From Somniosus microcephalus (Eukaryota): a stretch of 64,000 nucleotides of DNA. Location: contig CM126213.1 in assembly GCA_052327205.1 (NCBI GenBank), positions 86,304,001 to 86,368,000 on the forward strand, given 5' to 3'. Position numbers and translations under genes: made by a program. Below the pieces are notes generated by a model, which was given only the letters and a program-made list of their open reading frames with translations, searched no databases and had not been told where the DNA came from. Positions 49,723 through 63,659 of the stretch are shown here, piece after piece. Position 1 is the stretch's first letter; each line of letters opens with the position of its first letter.

Positions 49723-49974
49723 AAGGTAAGGTGATGCACCGTTTTGAGATCCTGGGAAATAATTAGAACAGGGCACAGTATAATAAGTTTTAATTTGAAT
49801 GCAGTTTCATGTAGGGAGGGGAAAGCATGTAGAATGCTTTACTTGGAGCTTAGAAGGAACAAGAGTGGAAACTTCTGAGCAGCACTGACCACAGTGGCAC
49901 TGATTAAATACTCAAAGACCACAAAGAATGTGACATAGAAGGGTAGTTATGAGATTAGATTTTTTTTTTAAATT

Positions 49975-51530
49975 CATTCATGGGATGTGAGCGTCCTGGC
50001 ATAGCCAGCATTTATTGCCCATCCCTAATTGCCCTTGAGAAGATGATGAGACGCTGCCTTGAACCGCTGCAGTCCGTGTGGTAAAGGTACTCTCGCATCT
50101 GTTAGGTAGGGAGTTCCACGATTTTGACACCGACGATGAAGGGACGGTGATATATTTCCAAGTCAGGATAGTGTGTGACTTGGAGGTGGTAGTGTTCCCA
50201 TGTGCATGCTGCCCTTGTCCTTCTAGGTGGTAGAGGTCGTGGGTTTGGGAGGTGCTGTCGAAGAAGTTGCTGCAGTGCACCTTGTAGATGGTACACACTG
50301 CAGACACGGTGCGCCGGTGGTGGAGGGAGTGAATGTTTAAGGTGGTGGATGAGATGCCAGTCAAGCAACCTGCTTTGCCCTGGATGGTGTCGAGCTTTTT
50401 GAGTGTTGTTGGAGCTGCACTCATCCAGGCACGTGGAGTGTATTCCAATACACTCCTGATTTGTGCCTTGTAGATGGTGGAAAGGCTTTGGGGAGTCGGG
50501 AGGTGAGTCACTCACCGCAGAATACCTAGCCTCTGCCCTGCTTGTGTAGCCACAGTATTTATGTGGCTCGTCCAGTTAAGTTTCTGGTCAATGATGACCC
50601 CCAGGATGTTGATGGTGGGGGATTGAACGATGGTAATGCCATTCAATGTGTCAAGGGGAGGTGGTTAGACTTTCTCTTGTTGGAAATGGTCATTGCCTGG
50701 CACTTGTGTGGTGCAAATGTTACTTGCCACTTATCAGCCCAAGCCCGAATATTGTCCAGGTCTTGCTGCATGCGGGCACAGACTGCTTCATTATTTGAGG
50801 AGTTGCAAATGGATCTGAACACTATGCAATCATCAGCAAACATTCCCATTTCTGACCTAATGATGGAGAGAAGGTCATTGGTGATGCAGCTGAAGATGGT
50901 TGGGCCTAGGACACTGCCCTGAAGAACTCCTGCAGCGATGTCCTGGGGCTGAGATGATTGGCCTCCAACAATCACAACCATCTTCCTTTGTGCTAGGTAT
51001 GACTCCAGCCAGTGTAGCATTTTCCCTCCCCCCGATTCCCCTTGACTTCAATTTTACTAGGGCTCCTTGATGCCACATTCGGTCAAATGCTGCCTTGACG
51101 TCGAGGGCAGTCACTCTCGCCTCACCTCTGGAATTCAGCTCTTTTGTTCTTGTTTGGACCAAGGCTGTAATGTGGCCTAGAGCTCTGTGGTCCTGGCGGA
51201 GCCCAAACTGAGCATCAGTGAGCAAGTTATTGGTGAGTAAGTGCTGCTTGATAGCATTGTTGACACCTTCCATCACTTTGCTGATTGAGAATAGACTGAT
51301 GGGGCGGTAATTGGCCCGATTGGATTTGTCCTGCTTTTTGTGGACAAAACATATCTGGACAGTTTTCCATATTGTCAGGTAGATGCCATTGTTGTAGCTG
51401 ATCTGGAACAACTTGGCTAGAGGCGCGGCTAGTCTGGAGCACAAGTCTTAAGCACGATAGCCAGGATGTTGTCGGGCCCCATCGCCTTTTCTGTATCCAG
51501 TGCGCTCAGCCATTTCTTGATATCACATGA
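49975..51530 (-). mobile_element. CR1-superfamily (CR1/L2/Daphne-like) LINE, 5'-truncated, frameshifted RT
   Basis: LAAPLAKLFQ, NYRPISL, ALDVKAAFDRMWH, QGSVLGP, MFADD, WQVTFAPHKC, YKAQIRSVLEY; TGAA-type tail at ~49975. Confidence 0.9.
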
Positions 51531-52707
51531 CGGATGGATTGCATATCAGAGAACAAACCTGTGAGAGAAGGATTGCATTTCAGATGACAAACTTTTTCTT
51601 GTGCACTGTGCAGGAGCACAAGAGTGTTTGAATAGAATCTCCATATATGGAATCAGTATTCAAGTCTTGTAATGTACAAGGACTTCATAGAGAATTTCAA
51701 ATTTGTTGAGGGTAAAGCAAGTGTTTGACACAGAAGAAGAAATTTAGCATGTTGGTGGCAGCTTTAGCAATGGAAGATATATGGGTGTTCCACTTGAGAT
51801 CAAAGAGTAGTGAGGCTAAGAACTAAGGGTGCAGCTATCGAAAATATAAGGTGGTAGCTGCGACGGATGTGAAGAATTGAAAAAAACAAGCTTTTCATTG
51901 CCCCATTGAAGAACATTGAGGAAGGAAATCAAGATACTCTGTTTCAGTCATTGCACTGAAAGGTGAATGGAGGTTATGAACAATGAAGGCATGTTGATGA
52001 AAAGTTAAATGATACTCAGTTTATTTGGCTGTCATTTATATAGTGCTTTTAATTTGGCAACAATTCTAATGGGTAGTTAGCTGACGTGATTTCCACCTTT
52101 TACAGAATTAAAACAAGCACTAAACTTAATAAAATCCTATGTCATAATATAAAATAGGAATTCCTTCAGAAAATTTTTGGATAACAAATTGGAAAATGCC
52201 TATTTGCATGATTCTTTCCCTTTGTTCAAGTGTAATTTTGTTCATTTATTTATAAGGCAATTAACAAAACATTGAAAAATATCAATATGTCATTGACATT
52301 TAAACAGTGAGGTGCCATTATGAAATTTCTGGCAAGTCAAGCACTGCTATTCCCAGCACACACCTCCTAAGGTGAAAGAGTAGACATAGTTTCAAGCAGT
52401 TCCAGGAAAGCCAAATACAAGCTTAATTCCTCAGTGACTCGCAAATACAATAAACAAGAGTTAGAATTCTACTGGCATACGTTCAGATTGGAATCTGTAA
52501 TATCAGTAGAGAATGCATTTGAGAATTTAATCAGAAATAAAATTGTTAGAATATTAACTCTCCATGTTCTGAATTTCACAAGCATTTTGAAGAACGTGAA
52601 CATCTTTTGTCAGCTGTAAACTGCAGCATATTATTGAAGTGAATGTTCTTCAGAGACAAAGTACAAAAAGCATGCTTAATTCATTGACTAAACCGAAACA
52701 AGTATAG

Positions 52708-53060
52708 CAGCAACAACTTGCATTTATATAGCCCCTTCAATGTAGAAAAATATCCAAAGGGGTTTTGCGTCAGCAGGAGGATAAACAGACGGCAGCTCAA
52801 AGGAGGAGAGATTAAGAAAGGAAGCGGTAGATTTTAAGGTGGGTTTTAAAAGAGAGGGAGGTGGAGAAGCAGAGGGGTTTGGGAAGGAATTTCAGAAAGT
52901 GAGCCGTAAGTTGCTATTGGTGGGATGAAGTGAAGTGGGGTGGGGTGGGGGCTAGGGGTATGCACAAGAGGCCGGAGTCGATGGACTGGAGAGTTGACGG
53001 GGCACGGTTGTAGGACTGGAGGAGATAGGGAAGGGTGAGGTCATAGAGTGATTGCAAAAT
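52708..53060 (-). mobile_element. Old L2 3' fragment
   Basis: CAACAACTTGCATTTATATAGC tail and similarity to 48760-49130. Confidence 0.7.
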
Positions 53061-56000
53061 ACAATACTAGTACTGAAATTGTTAAAATCAAGGCTTTGAG
53101 GAATATTCTGGCTCACATCAGCAACCTTTGTTTTTACACTTCAGTACGTGTACATCATTTAACTCCATTTGAAAGACTGAAGAAAAATGCTTGAAGGGAA
53201 GACCACTATACAGAAGATATGTGAGATGAGATGAAGATCTTTTCATAAACCTACATTGGCTTGTTCTGTTAAATATCAAGACTAAGATTGACCAATTATA
53301 TTTTCTAACATTTTTGGCATGTGTTTTATATATGATTTTTTTTAGATTGACATTTAATTTTAAGAAAAGCATAATTATCCAATTTGAATAGATAACTCTT
53401 CAAAAAAATTCTTCACATTGATTTTACTTTAGAATGTTAATTTTACCTGGGCATTTTATGCTTTATATTGAAGGTCATCTAAGGTTCAGTTGTATTACAA
53501 ACAGTTATTCAGCAACCATCATCATCCACTCAATCATATTACTGGGATTGGGAAATTATGCCAATTTGGGCACATCTGCTCCCACCCAGCTACCTCGCAT
53601 TTGCAAAAATGGTCACCGAAGAATCTGTTACTTACATTTTGGTGGTTTTATGCAACCTAAACATCAAATGTTTTAAAATAAAGAATATGTTCCATTTAAT
53701 GCACATTTACATAAGAGTGTCTCTCTTAAATCAATGCTCTTAAAGTATCTTAGCCAAAATGACAGTAGCAAACTATATAGACACTTGTGCACAGTATTTG
53801 ACTTTCCAATGGATTTTATGGTAAGATATTGTGTATCACTGTTTTGTGTGTGGCATCCTGTAGAATTATGTTTTCCATTTAATACAAAATACATTTTTCT
53901 ACTGTGAAATATTCCTTTAACCTTGACAACATTCTAATCATGTTGCTCTGAAGTTAATGAAAGGAAAGAGTATAGTGGTAATAGAGGTTGTCTAGCTGTG
54001 TTTTATGCATTGATATTTTAACAAAAAACAGGCTATTTTTGAATCAAATTTTACTGTGCCACTTATAAGTACAATGTCAATTATAAATTCCAGTCTGATT
54101 GACTTTTGCCTTTGCCTAAAACTGAAGTTTTACATTCTTGAGTTCCCAGGATGTGTATCCTGCTTTGTCTTAGCTCCACAAGCTTTCCACCCCTCCCCAG
54201 CCATTTTCTGGGCCACTTAAAAGAGGTACTCCTACTGACTAGGAACTGAAATATGTGCTGTTTGGAGTCTTGCCAATTTTTCAGTAGCAACACAGAATTG
54301 CTTTGTAATATTGTCTGGTTTGAACGTAGGTTCAACTGCGACAGATTTTACTCCTTACTATGTTTACTTTAAAAACATGGTGATTGATGGATACTGAATC
54401 TGTGTTGCTGTGTAAGCAGCATGAATTCAATATGCTGACCACCGGGACGTCTGATCTACCGAGTAGTATCCACAATCTGCTGACTTGTACATTATGGCCA
54501 CTACAAATGTGAGGAGTGACGACTGAACCACGATTAATACAAAAAAGAGAAAATAAGAAACACTTCATTGAGCCCAAGACAGGAGAATGAACAAGAAAGA
54601 GCGAGTCTTAATGAATAAAAGTCAAAGCAACCTAAAACTAAAATTAACCCTTGGCTTGCTTAAAATGCATTGCTTCTGTTTTAGCTTGCAGACATTATCA
54701 GCAAGTAATAATACATTTAATAGGTTATTAATAAGTAATAGGCATTTTTTAAAAATACGGTAAAGTAGAAGTAAAGAAAAATTAGGAAATGAGCAATTGA
54801 AAGTATTAAAAAAAACACATGTTAAAGATTACATTCTTAAAGGAGTATAAAAAAGGCAGCTAAAACACAGAGGTACACAGAAAACCACCATCATAACCCT
54901 AATTTGCCAGAAAGCTTAAATACCCATATCAAAGAAACCATTGTTTGCTTCACCGGCAGTGTTTGTCATATCGGGTATCGGACAGAAATTCCTTCCTCGT
55001 CAATTCTTAAACTTTGTTGCAAGGACAACCATGAGACCGATTCATTTTTCTTTAATGGGGAAATACACAAGGAACTAAGCATGTTACAAAGGTTTGTTGG
55101 GTATTTCAACTTCAGATGTTTCTGAGGCACTCCCTTGATATACCAGCTGAAAGGAATGCAGGCTCTTTCATTATTTCAGGCTTGTTTACATCAAAGGCTG
55201 GCAGCCATCTTGGCTTGAGGCACTGCAAACACAATTAGAGCATCAGAGTTACACTAGTTGCTGGTTGCATCATATAGGCTTTAGTGCTTTATCAGCCTGA
55301 AATGGGTCTTAATTTCTTCCTTTATCTCTCTCAGCATATATAATTAAAGTCAAATCCCTTTACACTGCTGCTTGTCATTTTAGCAGCTCGTACGGATCCT
55401 CTGCTTTTTGAATCACATCATGTGACTACCTGTGAGACAGTTCACTCGATTAATCTTTCATGAGAAGCAGGATGCAGTAGGATGTGAAGCCACAAGCTAT
55501 GACAGGGAAAGAATTAGAATTACTGAAGGCAAGGTCAGATCTGGGGCATTCATTGTCCACATTCTGGCCCACAGCCATCACACAGAGAAAAATTATTTGC
55601 ATAACCGACTTCACTAGTTGAGGCAGTGTAGAAAAAAACTGCTGAATCATCATTATCTGACAAATTAGTCAACAGGATGAGTGTGACCTGGTTCCTTTCA
55701 TTCGTTTTAGAAAGCTGTGGAATCCTCAGAAGGGAAATCGTGTACTTTGACTTTCCAAACTAGTTATTTGCTTTCCAAGGAAAAATTTAAACTATTTCAT
55801 TGCATTGCTGTTTAATTTTATTTAAAAAATTGATTTGTTTCCTTTGGGTAGACATACTGTACACTCAAATCATTATTTACAAGGAGAGTATTGTTCTTTA
55901 TTACAGAGTCTGAACTTATTTTGTGGGAAAGCATGAAGTAGTTGTAAGGAGATATAACCACTTAAAGAAACTAAGCAGAATAGTAGCCCCAGGCAAAGGA

Positions 56001-56959
56001 GACTCTTTCATGTGAGTCATCTCCTAGGATTGACACTGTAGCCCCTCCCAGGAAATCAAATGTGACAAAAGCCTGTGTAAGCTCATGCTCAAATTGCACA
56101 AAGCTAAGTTAAGGTGGAATTGCGAGATGTGTGTTTTAATCTTCTGTTCTGCGTGGAAGGGTCACCTTGAGTTTCTCTAGCAGGAAATAAATGAGGCCAA
56201 AAATATAGCCACATTTTTTTTGTTTTGACCAAAACAAAAGAAAAGCAGGATGGCCATGAAAATGAAATAGAGACAACATTTGACTTTTCTCGCCTTTCGT
56301 TTTTGAAAAACAATTTAAAAAAAAAAAAAAATTCCAAGGTGTATCCTCAAAGTTTTGGATTCCTCATTTTTAATCTCCTGCCAAAACGCTATTTAATGAA
56401 ACACTATACATTGTCTTAAAGTATTATCCAGAGTAGAACGCTATTAATACATTTTATTTGTACTTAACTAATACCCTTTCGCGGGATCTTTTCTAAAAAA
56501 AATTCAGCATGTGAACATTTGCATTCATCATCATTCGATAGCAATTCAACACTTTGGTGAAGTTAAAATAATATTGTACCTTGAGGGAGAAAACGTAATC
56601 ACTCTTGAGGTGTCCGCCTTGGCTCAGTAAAGCACTCTTACCTTTTGAATCAGAAGGTCATGGTTCTAAGCCCCATTCCAGGATTTGAGCATGGTTGGCA
56701 TTTCAGTGCAGTACTGAGGGTGTGCTACACTGTTGGCGGTGCCGTCCTTTAGATAAGATGTTAAACCGAGGCATTATCTACTCTCTCAGGTGAATGTAAA
56801 TTATATCGTGCCAGTCACTGAAGAACAGCAGTGAGTTCTCCGGTTTCCTGGTTAATATTTATCTGTCAACCAACATCACTAAACAGATTGTATGGCCATC
56901 ACACTGCTGTTTGTGGGACCTATGTGTGCGAAAAGTTGGTTGCCGCATTTCCCTATAGG

Positions 56960-57091
56960 CAACGTTCCCTCTAAGCCGCATGGCTGCGCAGCTCTCTGCC
57001 AGTCTCGTGCAGCCCGGGACTTTTCCAATGTTAAGTTTAGCGCATGCGCAAAACTGTAACTGGGCTGCGTGGCCCCTTTGGGGGAACATCG
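56960..57091. mobile_element. hAT-family MITE, 132 bp
   Basis: Perfect 8-bp TSD CCTATAGG (56952-56959, 57092-57099); imperfect TIRs CAACGTTCCCTCTAAG / CTTTGGGGGAACATCG. Confidence 0.9.
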
Positions 57092-57099
57092 CCTATAGG

Positions 57100-57757
57100 C
57101 ACAAAAAATATTGAAAAGGCTCCTGGAATGTTGACCTTTATCTCAAGGGGGCTGGAATACAAAGGGGTGCAAGTTTATGCTGCTGTTGTATTAAGCACTA
57201 GTTTGACCACATCTGGAGTATTGTGTTCAGTTCTGGGCACTGCACCTCAGGAAGGTATACTGGCCTTGGAGAGGACATGCAGTTCAGATTCACCAGAATG
57301 ATATCGGGGCTAAAAGGATTAAATGATGAGGACAGGTTGCATAGATGAGGCTTGTATCCCCTCGAATATAGAAGATTAAGGGGTGATCTATTTGAGGTGT
57401 TTAAGATGATTATAGGATTTGATAGGGTTGATAGAGAGAAACTATTTCCTCTGGTGGGAGAGTCCAGAACAAGGGGGCATAACCTTAAAATTAGAGTTAG
57501 GCTGTTCAGGGGTGATGTCAGGAAGCACCACTTCACACAAAGGGTAGTGGGAATCTGGAACACACTCCCTCAAAAAGCTGTTGAGACTTGGTCAATTGAA
57601 AATTTCAAAACTGAGATTGATAGATTTATGTTAGGCAAGGGTATTAAGGGATATGGAACCAGGGCGGATAAATGGAGTTAAGATACAGATCAGCCATGAT
57701 CTAATTGAATGGCGGAACAGGCTGGAGGGGCTGAATGACCTACTCCTGTTCCTATGT
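57100..57757 (+). mobile_element. CR1 LINE 3' fragment
   Basis: LEYRRLRGDLFEVFK, SRTRGHNLKI, FTQRVVGIWNTLP; tail GGGGCTGAATGACCTACTCCTGTTCCTATG. Confidence 0.93.
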
Positions 57758-58259
57758 TACAAACAGTGACTACACTTTAAAAGTACTTTATTGGCCCTTT
57801 GGGATGTCCTGAGGGTGAAAGGGCCTATATAAAGTGTTCTTTTTAATATGTAAAATGTTTAGCAGAAAATAGAATGACACTGCAAACTAGAATATTTACA
57901 TTATAACTTGCATACTATTTGTGCAAAAGCAGTTGTAATTATTTTTTAACAGGAAAATTGTATTTTGCCAAATGCCAATATTGAATGATAATGGTATTAA
58001 AATGAAAGTTAAGTAGACTTTGAGCTGGTAAGAGTTGAAGTGCCTCAATATTTTGAAATATTTGCAATTTTGATGTGTAAAATATGTTTTGTGGGCATTG
58101 GCCTTCAAAGGAAATTGGTCAAAAAGTGAACCATTAAGCCAACAAAAATGGTTATTAATAAGAACTCTTGAAGCTTTTTTATAAAGTCTTTGTTTCCCTG
58201 GAGTTTTCTCTGAAGCTGCTGATTGATGCCTGGGCAGGATTCTATAGGCACCGCTCACC

Positions 58260-58560
58260 TTCCAGTACCTTGCTTAAGTAGCTAATCTTCACATGTGAGC
58301 CGAAGTAGAGAATGTCAGCAGGTTAGTCAATCATTGGGGGGATTATAACTGAGCGCTTTCCTCACGTCCACATACACTTTCCAGTAAGGGCCATTACCCA
58401 GTGACTAGGAGCCCTGAACAATTTTTTTCCCTCCATACCCAGATTTGCAGAGAGCAATTTTAGCATCCCTATTGCCACCTGCTAATTCAGCACAGACCAG
58501 GAATCCAACCTGGAATCTTCTGGTTTGTTTGGCTCAGCTACACAATACCATCACCAACTG
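58260..58560 (-). mobile_element. Old tRNA-derived SINE
   Basis: Collinear with 48480-48730. Confidence 0.55.
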
Positions 58561-58789
58561 AGGGAATGGTATTATGGCAGATCTAAAAATGAGAATGGCA
58601 TTCACACCTATATGTAGGCTAACCTTGCTGAGAGTGCATATTGGTTTGTAGCGGTGTAAGATTTTTCAATTTATCCTATTTAAAAGTAGGAAATGGAACA
58701 TACAAAGTTTACTTTGATCATTTTACCTCTTTTGGTTTTCAGTTAACATCTTAACAATCTTTAACAAGGATACCACCACAACAATAAGA

Positions 58790-58950
58790 AGAAGCTAGAT
58801 AAGTACACGAGGGAGAAAGGAATAGAAGGATATGTTGATTGGGTGATACAAAGTAAATAGAGTGGAAGGAGGCTCGTGTGGACCATAAACACTGGCATAG
58901 ACCGACTGGTTGGGCCGAATGGCCTGTTTCTGTGCTGTAAATTCTATGTA
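58790..58950 (+). mobile_element. CR1 3' end fragment
   Basis: AAGCTAGATAAGTACACGAGGGAGAAAGGAATAGAAGGATATG...TGGGCCGAATGGCCTGTTTCTGTGCTGTAAATTCTATG. Confidence 0.85.
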
Positions 58951-61900
58951 AGCGTCTTTAATATACTATTAATTATTCTATAAATGATTTTATATGGTTA
59001 AAGTATGCTGGGAGAAAAAGTCTGGTATAATGAAAGATGCTGTGATTTATATCAAATGAGTGGGATTGGTAGAGTGTGAAGGAGTGATGCCTGTTTGACA
59101 GTCTTAGCCAGGTAACAGATTGCAAAGCATTCTATTAACGAACTCTCTAATTTTGAGGAAATTGGCTAGAGAGAGATCCATTGCTTAAGTGCATCTCCTT
59201 GTGGTGTGACTAATGAATGTTATTTGCAGCATCCATGGAGATGTTAGCTGGCTGGGGTAGTCTGTATGGATCGAGGAGGCAGAAGGAAGATACAATTTAA
59301 AAGACAAAAGAAAATCTGTATAAAAGTGTCAAAATACTTTTTGTAAAAGGAGATTGAAACTGAATTGGAGATTGAGCTTCAAACTGAGATATACTTTCTT
59401 GGCTTTTGTTGCTTTTTGTGTAACAAGATTATCACTATAGTTATATACAACCATGGTAATATATTGCATACCATACTTTGTTTTACAGACTTCTCCATAC
59501 CTTTTTTGTTTTGTTTGTTTCTTAAGAATAATTACGCCAACTCCCTGTCATGCACTGCCAGGTGTTTGAAAGCCTTCAGGCTATGATCTTTCACTGCTTT
59601 GAAGTTTAGATCCAGCAACAGAATTCTCAATATTCCATTGTTCCCTGTTGCAGTTACCAATAAACCAACATTGAGTTGCATACACTTGAAAGTAATTTTG
59701 TTTTTGCCACAGTAACTCATAACATTACTGACAATATAGCAACAATATAAATAGTTGCTGCATTTAACTGTAGTCACGTTAACAGATATTGTAAAAAAGA
59801 ACAAGTGTTTTGTTCTTTCAAGAGACATAGAGATGAAACAGATTGATAGTGAATTCTTTTGCCCAAAACATGATTTATTTTGGAGATCGTTTTATGTAGC
59901 AGAAATTGAGAATGAAAAGTGTGAAATTTGTATAGTTATGGAGCTCCTCACACCAATTCCTGCCAATCGTGGAGCGAAAGCAGAGTACAGGTCAGCAGTA
60001 TGTTTGTGCATAGAAAAATTTACTTCTGTTCCCTAATCTTTACTATTGAAAAAACAGTATTTTAAAAACAATTATCCACAGCTTTAAAAAATCGATGATG
60101 AGACACATTTCATTTTACAACGAGTAAGTATTTCACCACTTCTGAGAAACGCTTCTGAAACACTAATAAATAACCAGATCTGTTATTTTTGGGGTAAGTA
60201 AACCCAAGTTTGTTTTCCTTTGTTTGGCAGAGACCATGTAAGTCTATTATTTGCAATGCGGCACTGTTTTTCTTTGTTGAGAACCTGGTAACCCAACAGT
60301 GAATTATTAATGAGTGTTAAGCAATTCACTTTATTTTTTGTTTGACTGTTAATTTGATGGATGTCACAGTTCCAGATTTTTTTTTTTTAATTCCCACTTT
60401 CTTCAGTAAAAGCTCCACGAGGAATTATGTCCACTGTGACTGTTCAAAACACATGACCAGAAAAGAATGTTCTGGATGAACGTATCACAGGAATTTTAAA
60501 TGTGTTTGACAGCTAACTAAATTACAATTCAGCCTTTCCACATGTTAAAATCTTGCTCAGTTGTGTCTATTCAAGCTGAGGGTATTATACATGCTCGAGT
60601 GGTCATTTATTGAATGGAGGGGGAGGGTGTTTGCTGGAAGAGGATTGAATGTCAGTGTGATGAGAGAGTATAAATGAAGGGGGCTGAAATATCGGTGCTC
60701 TGATGTTCTTGTGGCTGGTCATCAGCCTGAAGAATCTCAGCTGTTCCCACTTGTGTAAATCACGGGTATGGTTGCCTAGATACAGATGCATTTGATTAGC
60801 TCGTTCTTCCCTTGAGATTCTGCACCACCCTATTAATGGAAGACAGGAGCATTATAAAGTGAGAAAAATGGCCTCCCATAAATGTATTTTTGTCTGCACT
60901 GAAGCTGCAGCAAGGATGAAAAACACTGATGTGCACCCCCAGGCTGTCTTTATTATTCCAGTGCTGACATTGAGCGTAAACAGAGGATGACTCATCAGTC
61001 AGACAACAAATGTCACTGTCAGGGGTTATCTTTAACGGAGAATTCTAAACACCCACTTGTCATCTGCTGCACGTACAGGTTTATGAATTCATTATCCTTT
61101 ACCCTTGCATGAGGTGAACTGAGCCCAAGAGTAAGATTGTAAAAAAAAATGCAAATTTAATGTGGAGTAATTACTGGCTGGTTTGAGGAGGAGGAGGAGG
61201 GAGAATCTTTTTAGGTAAATCATCATCTGTACAAGGAGAGCACAATTTGCTTTGTAATGCAAAAATGTACGAGAGTGGTATGCACAACTGGCATGTTGCT
61301 GTGACTGTATTAAACGTTGATCATACAAATTACTGTAGCAGTTATCATAATTCACACACTTTCTTCAGATAAAATGATTTTCAGTAAACTTCTGATTCCA
61401 TATGCCTTTATTAAAAATAAAATGAAAGAATTGTGGAACTAAGGTTGTGAGGGTTCAAACCTCTGGAAGGAAAGATAGCTTTTTACAAAAAGGGGAAAAA
61501 CTGATAAAGCCGTCTAAAGGCTTCCTGTTGTTAAAGATATAATTATGGGAATAAGCTCAAATTGTTAGTGATTATGTTAGCCATTCCAATATAAGATATA
61601 CAAAGGGAATACATTTTATAAGATGCAAATAACAACAAAATAATATGTAGCTACTTAATTGGATCCCAATCTGGAAAAAAATGCATGGCTTTGAATTATA
61701 GGGCTTTTTAAAAATAAAAACTATTATCCTGCAATTTTATTTTCCAAGCTCTCCTCCATATTTCTGTTCCTCTACAGTCTGACTGAAGGAGGGAGCAGCT
61801 CACCTGTTCCCAGGCCTCTGTCTTTCCTGAAATGGTGCTGGGAGGTACACAAGAGGTGGCTCACTCTCACTCGGCAGTTTCCCCAAGCAATTAGTTGGAT

Positions 61901-62651
61901 GTTGTGAAGAATCATGTCCAAAACTGTACCATACAATAACATAATGGCCCTGAAAATCCGCAGGGGGCCACTTCCCAACATAAATGTCAGGATGTTCCCA
62001 CCCATGATTACCATCACTGACCCTATCGAAATTCACATTCTGTTATTTATTTTTCTCTGTGACAGGAAAAGAGAAATTGGGGTATAAATCCATCTTGGGC
62101 GGTAGCATTAAACTGGCGATAGTAATCGGCAGTCCATTTTACTTGATTTTCTTTTCCATTGCAGTCAGAAACCAGATACTCAAAAATATCCAGCCCACAT
62201 TCTAGATCAACCATCTTTAATTCTCATATTGGTCAGAGCTTTGTAATTTTTAAAATTTCTATTTTACTCACTTCCTAATTCCATGTGTCCTGACACAGCA
62301 GAAACTGGAAATTTATGCTATAACACCAGTTGTCTATTCACTCTCAATCTTTCAGCAGACATTACTTACCATGAGACTGTAAAAAAGTTTTTTCAGATTT
62401 TACCCTAAGGTTATAAATTTGCTTATCTTATACCTGTAATATACTGGAGTTGTTTTATGCTGAAACCCTTTCTCCGTGGTTTATTTCTACCCATGTTCTT
62501 AAGCTTCAGACCTGCCTGTTGATTCTGGTCCCTCACAGTGTCAGCCCCTGATGATGTCAATTACTGTTCAAGGAAAAATGCCCTTTCCATGCCTCCACTG
62601 CTGGCAGTGAGCCAAGCCCAACATTTCGCCATATCCCAAGTTCCTCTTCCA

Positions 62652-62810
62652 CAGTGCTGCCAAACCTCATCAACCCCACACCAGTGCTGTCAAATACCAA
62701 GATCATTCCTCCAGTGCTACCAAAGCTGAGGACTACTCCCTCCCCCAGTACTGTTAAACATCATGAACTCATCTCCCCCCCGCTTACACCCACAGTACTG
62801 CTAAACACCA
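62652..62810. repeat. Degenerate tandem repeat, five units of CAGTRCTRYYAAA with C-rich spacers
   Basis: Units start at 62652, 62682, 62712, 62746 and 62793. Confidence 0.65.
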
Positions 62811-63404
62811 GGTACCTATTTATAGCCTTGTACTTCTTGCATACCATCTTGCTTTTTATTCTCAGCTTTAACAAGGTATGGGATAAAAATGAAACACAGA
62901 TAAAGGAAGATATATATATATATAAAATAAAAATCCCAGAATACCAAATAATAAAAGCAGAATTTGATTTTAGGCACTGTGTGTTAGATACATAACACCG
63001 CTCTTGTTATTAAACAGTGCATTGTCTGACTCATCGTAAGCAACACCATGAGCGATCTTTTAGCATTTAAAAAAAAAAGGAACTATATAACAAAGAATAA
63101 AAGATGTCTGGAAGGCCGTAATTCAATCTCTTTTCTGCTCCGGTTTATAAACCTTTCAAATTCTGCTCTTGTGGTTTATGACATCCTCATAACTGCTCAG
63201 TTGAATTACTACCAACCATCTGTTATACTAGCGATGTTCTGTTTCAGTTTTGTTTAAACAACTTTGATTTCCCGCAGTGTTGCTCATGGGTAGTTTGAGG
63301 TCACTGTTTTATGTATGTTACCTGAGCTGATGTTGCCATTTTGTTTCTCATCAAATTGCAGTTGTCTCTTGAGAACTTTGTTTATGTCTGGGCAAGGTTA
63401 GACA

Positions 63405-63659
63405 TTGGGATTTTTTATATTAATTCTCGGGATATGGGCTTTGCTGACAAGGCCGTCAACCCGAGTTGCCTGGAGAAGGTGGTAGACCCTCTTCTTGAAG
63501 TGCTGCCTGTATGTTTGATACAACTGTGTGGCTTACTGGGCCACACTTAAGGGGGCAGCTGTGGTACTGGTGTCACATATAAGTCATGAGCAAGGACGTC
63601 AGTTTCTTTCCCAAAAGGACATTAGTGAACCAATTGGGTTTTAAAACCGTCCTCATGAC
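63405..63659 (-). mobile_element. SINE-like fragment sharing its tail with the 49975 LINE family; target of the LTR element
   Basis: GGGATATGGGC..GCTGACAAGGCC..TTGCCTGGAGAAG resembles 49981-50045; AAGGACATTAGTGAACCA body motif. Confidence 0.55.

Larger units (their letters stand above)
56613..57840 (+). mobile_element. Deu-domain SINE split into 56613-56955 and 57758-57840 by nested insertions
   Basis: tRNA-like head and Deu core (CAGTGCAGTACTGAGG..AGATGTTAAACCGAGG); resumes as TTACAAACAGTGACTACACTTTAAAAGTAC..CTATATAAA after the CR1. Confidence 0.85.

Noticed and set aside
62652-62810. CRISPR-like repeat-spacer array
   Set aside because: Vertebrate DNA, repeats only 13 bp and degenerate, low-complexity spacers, no cas genes.
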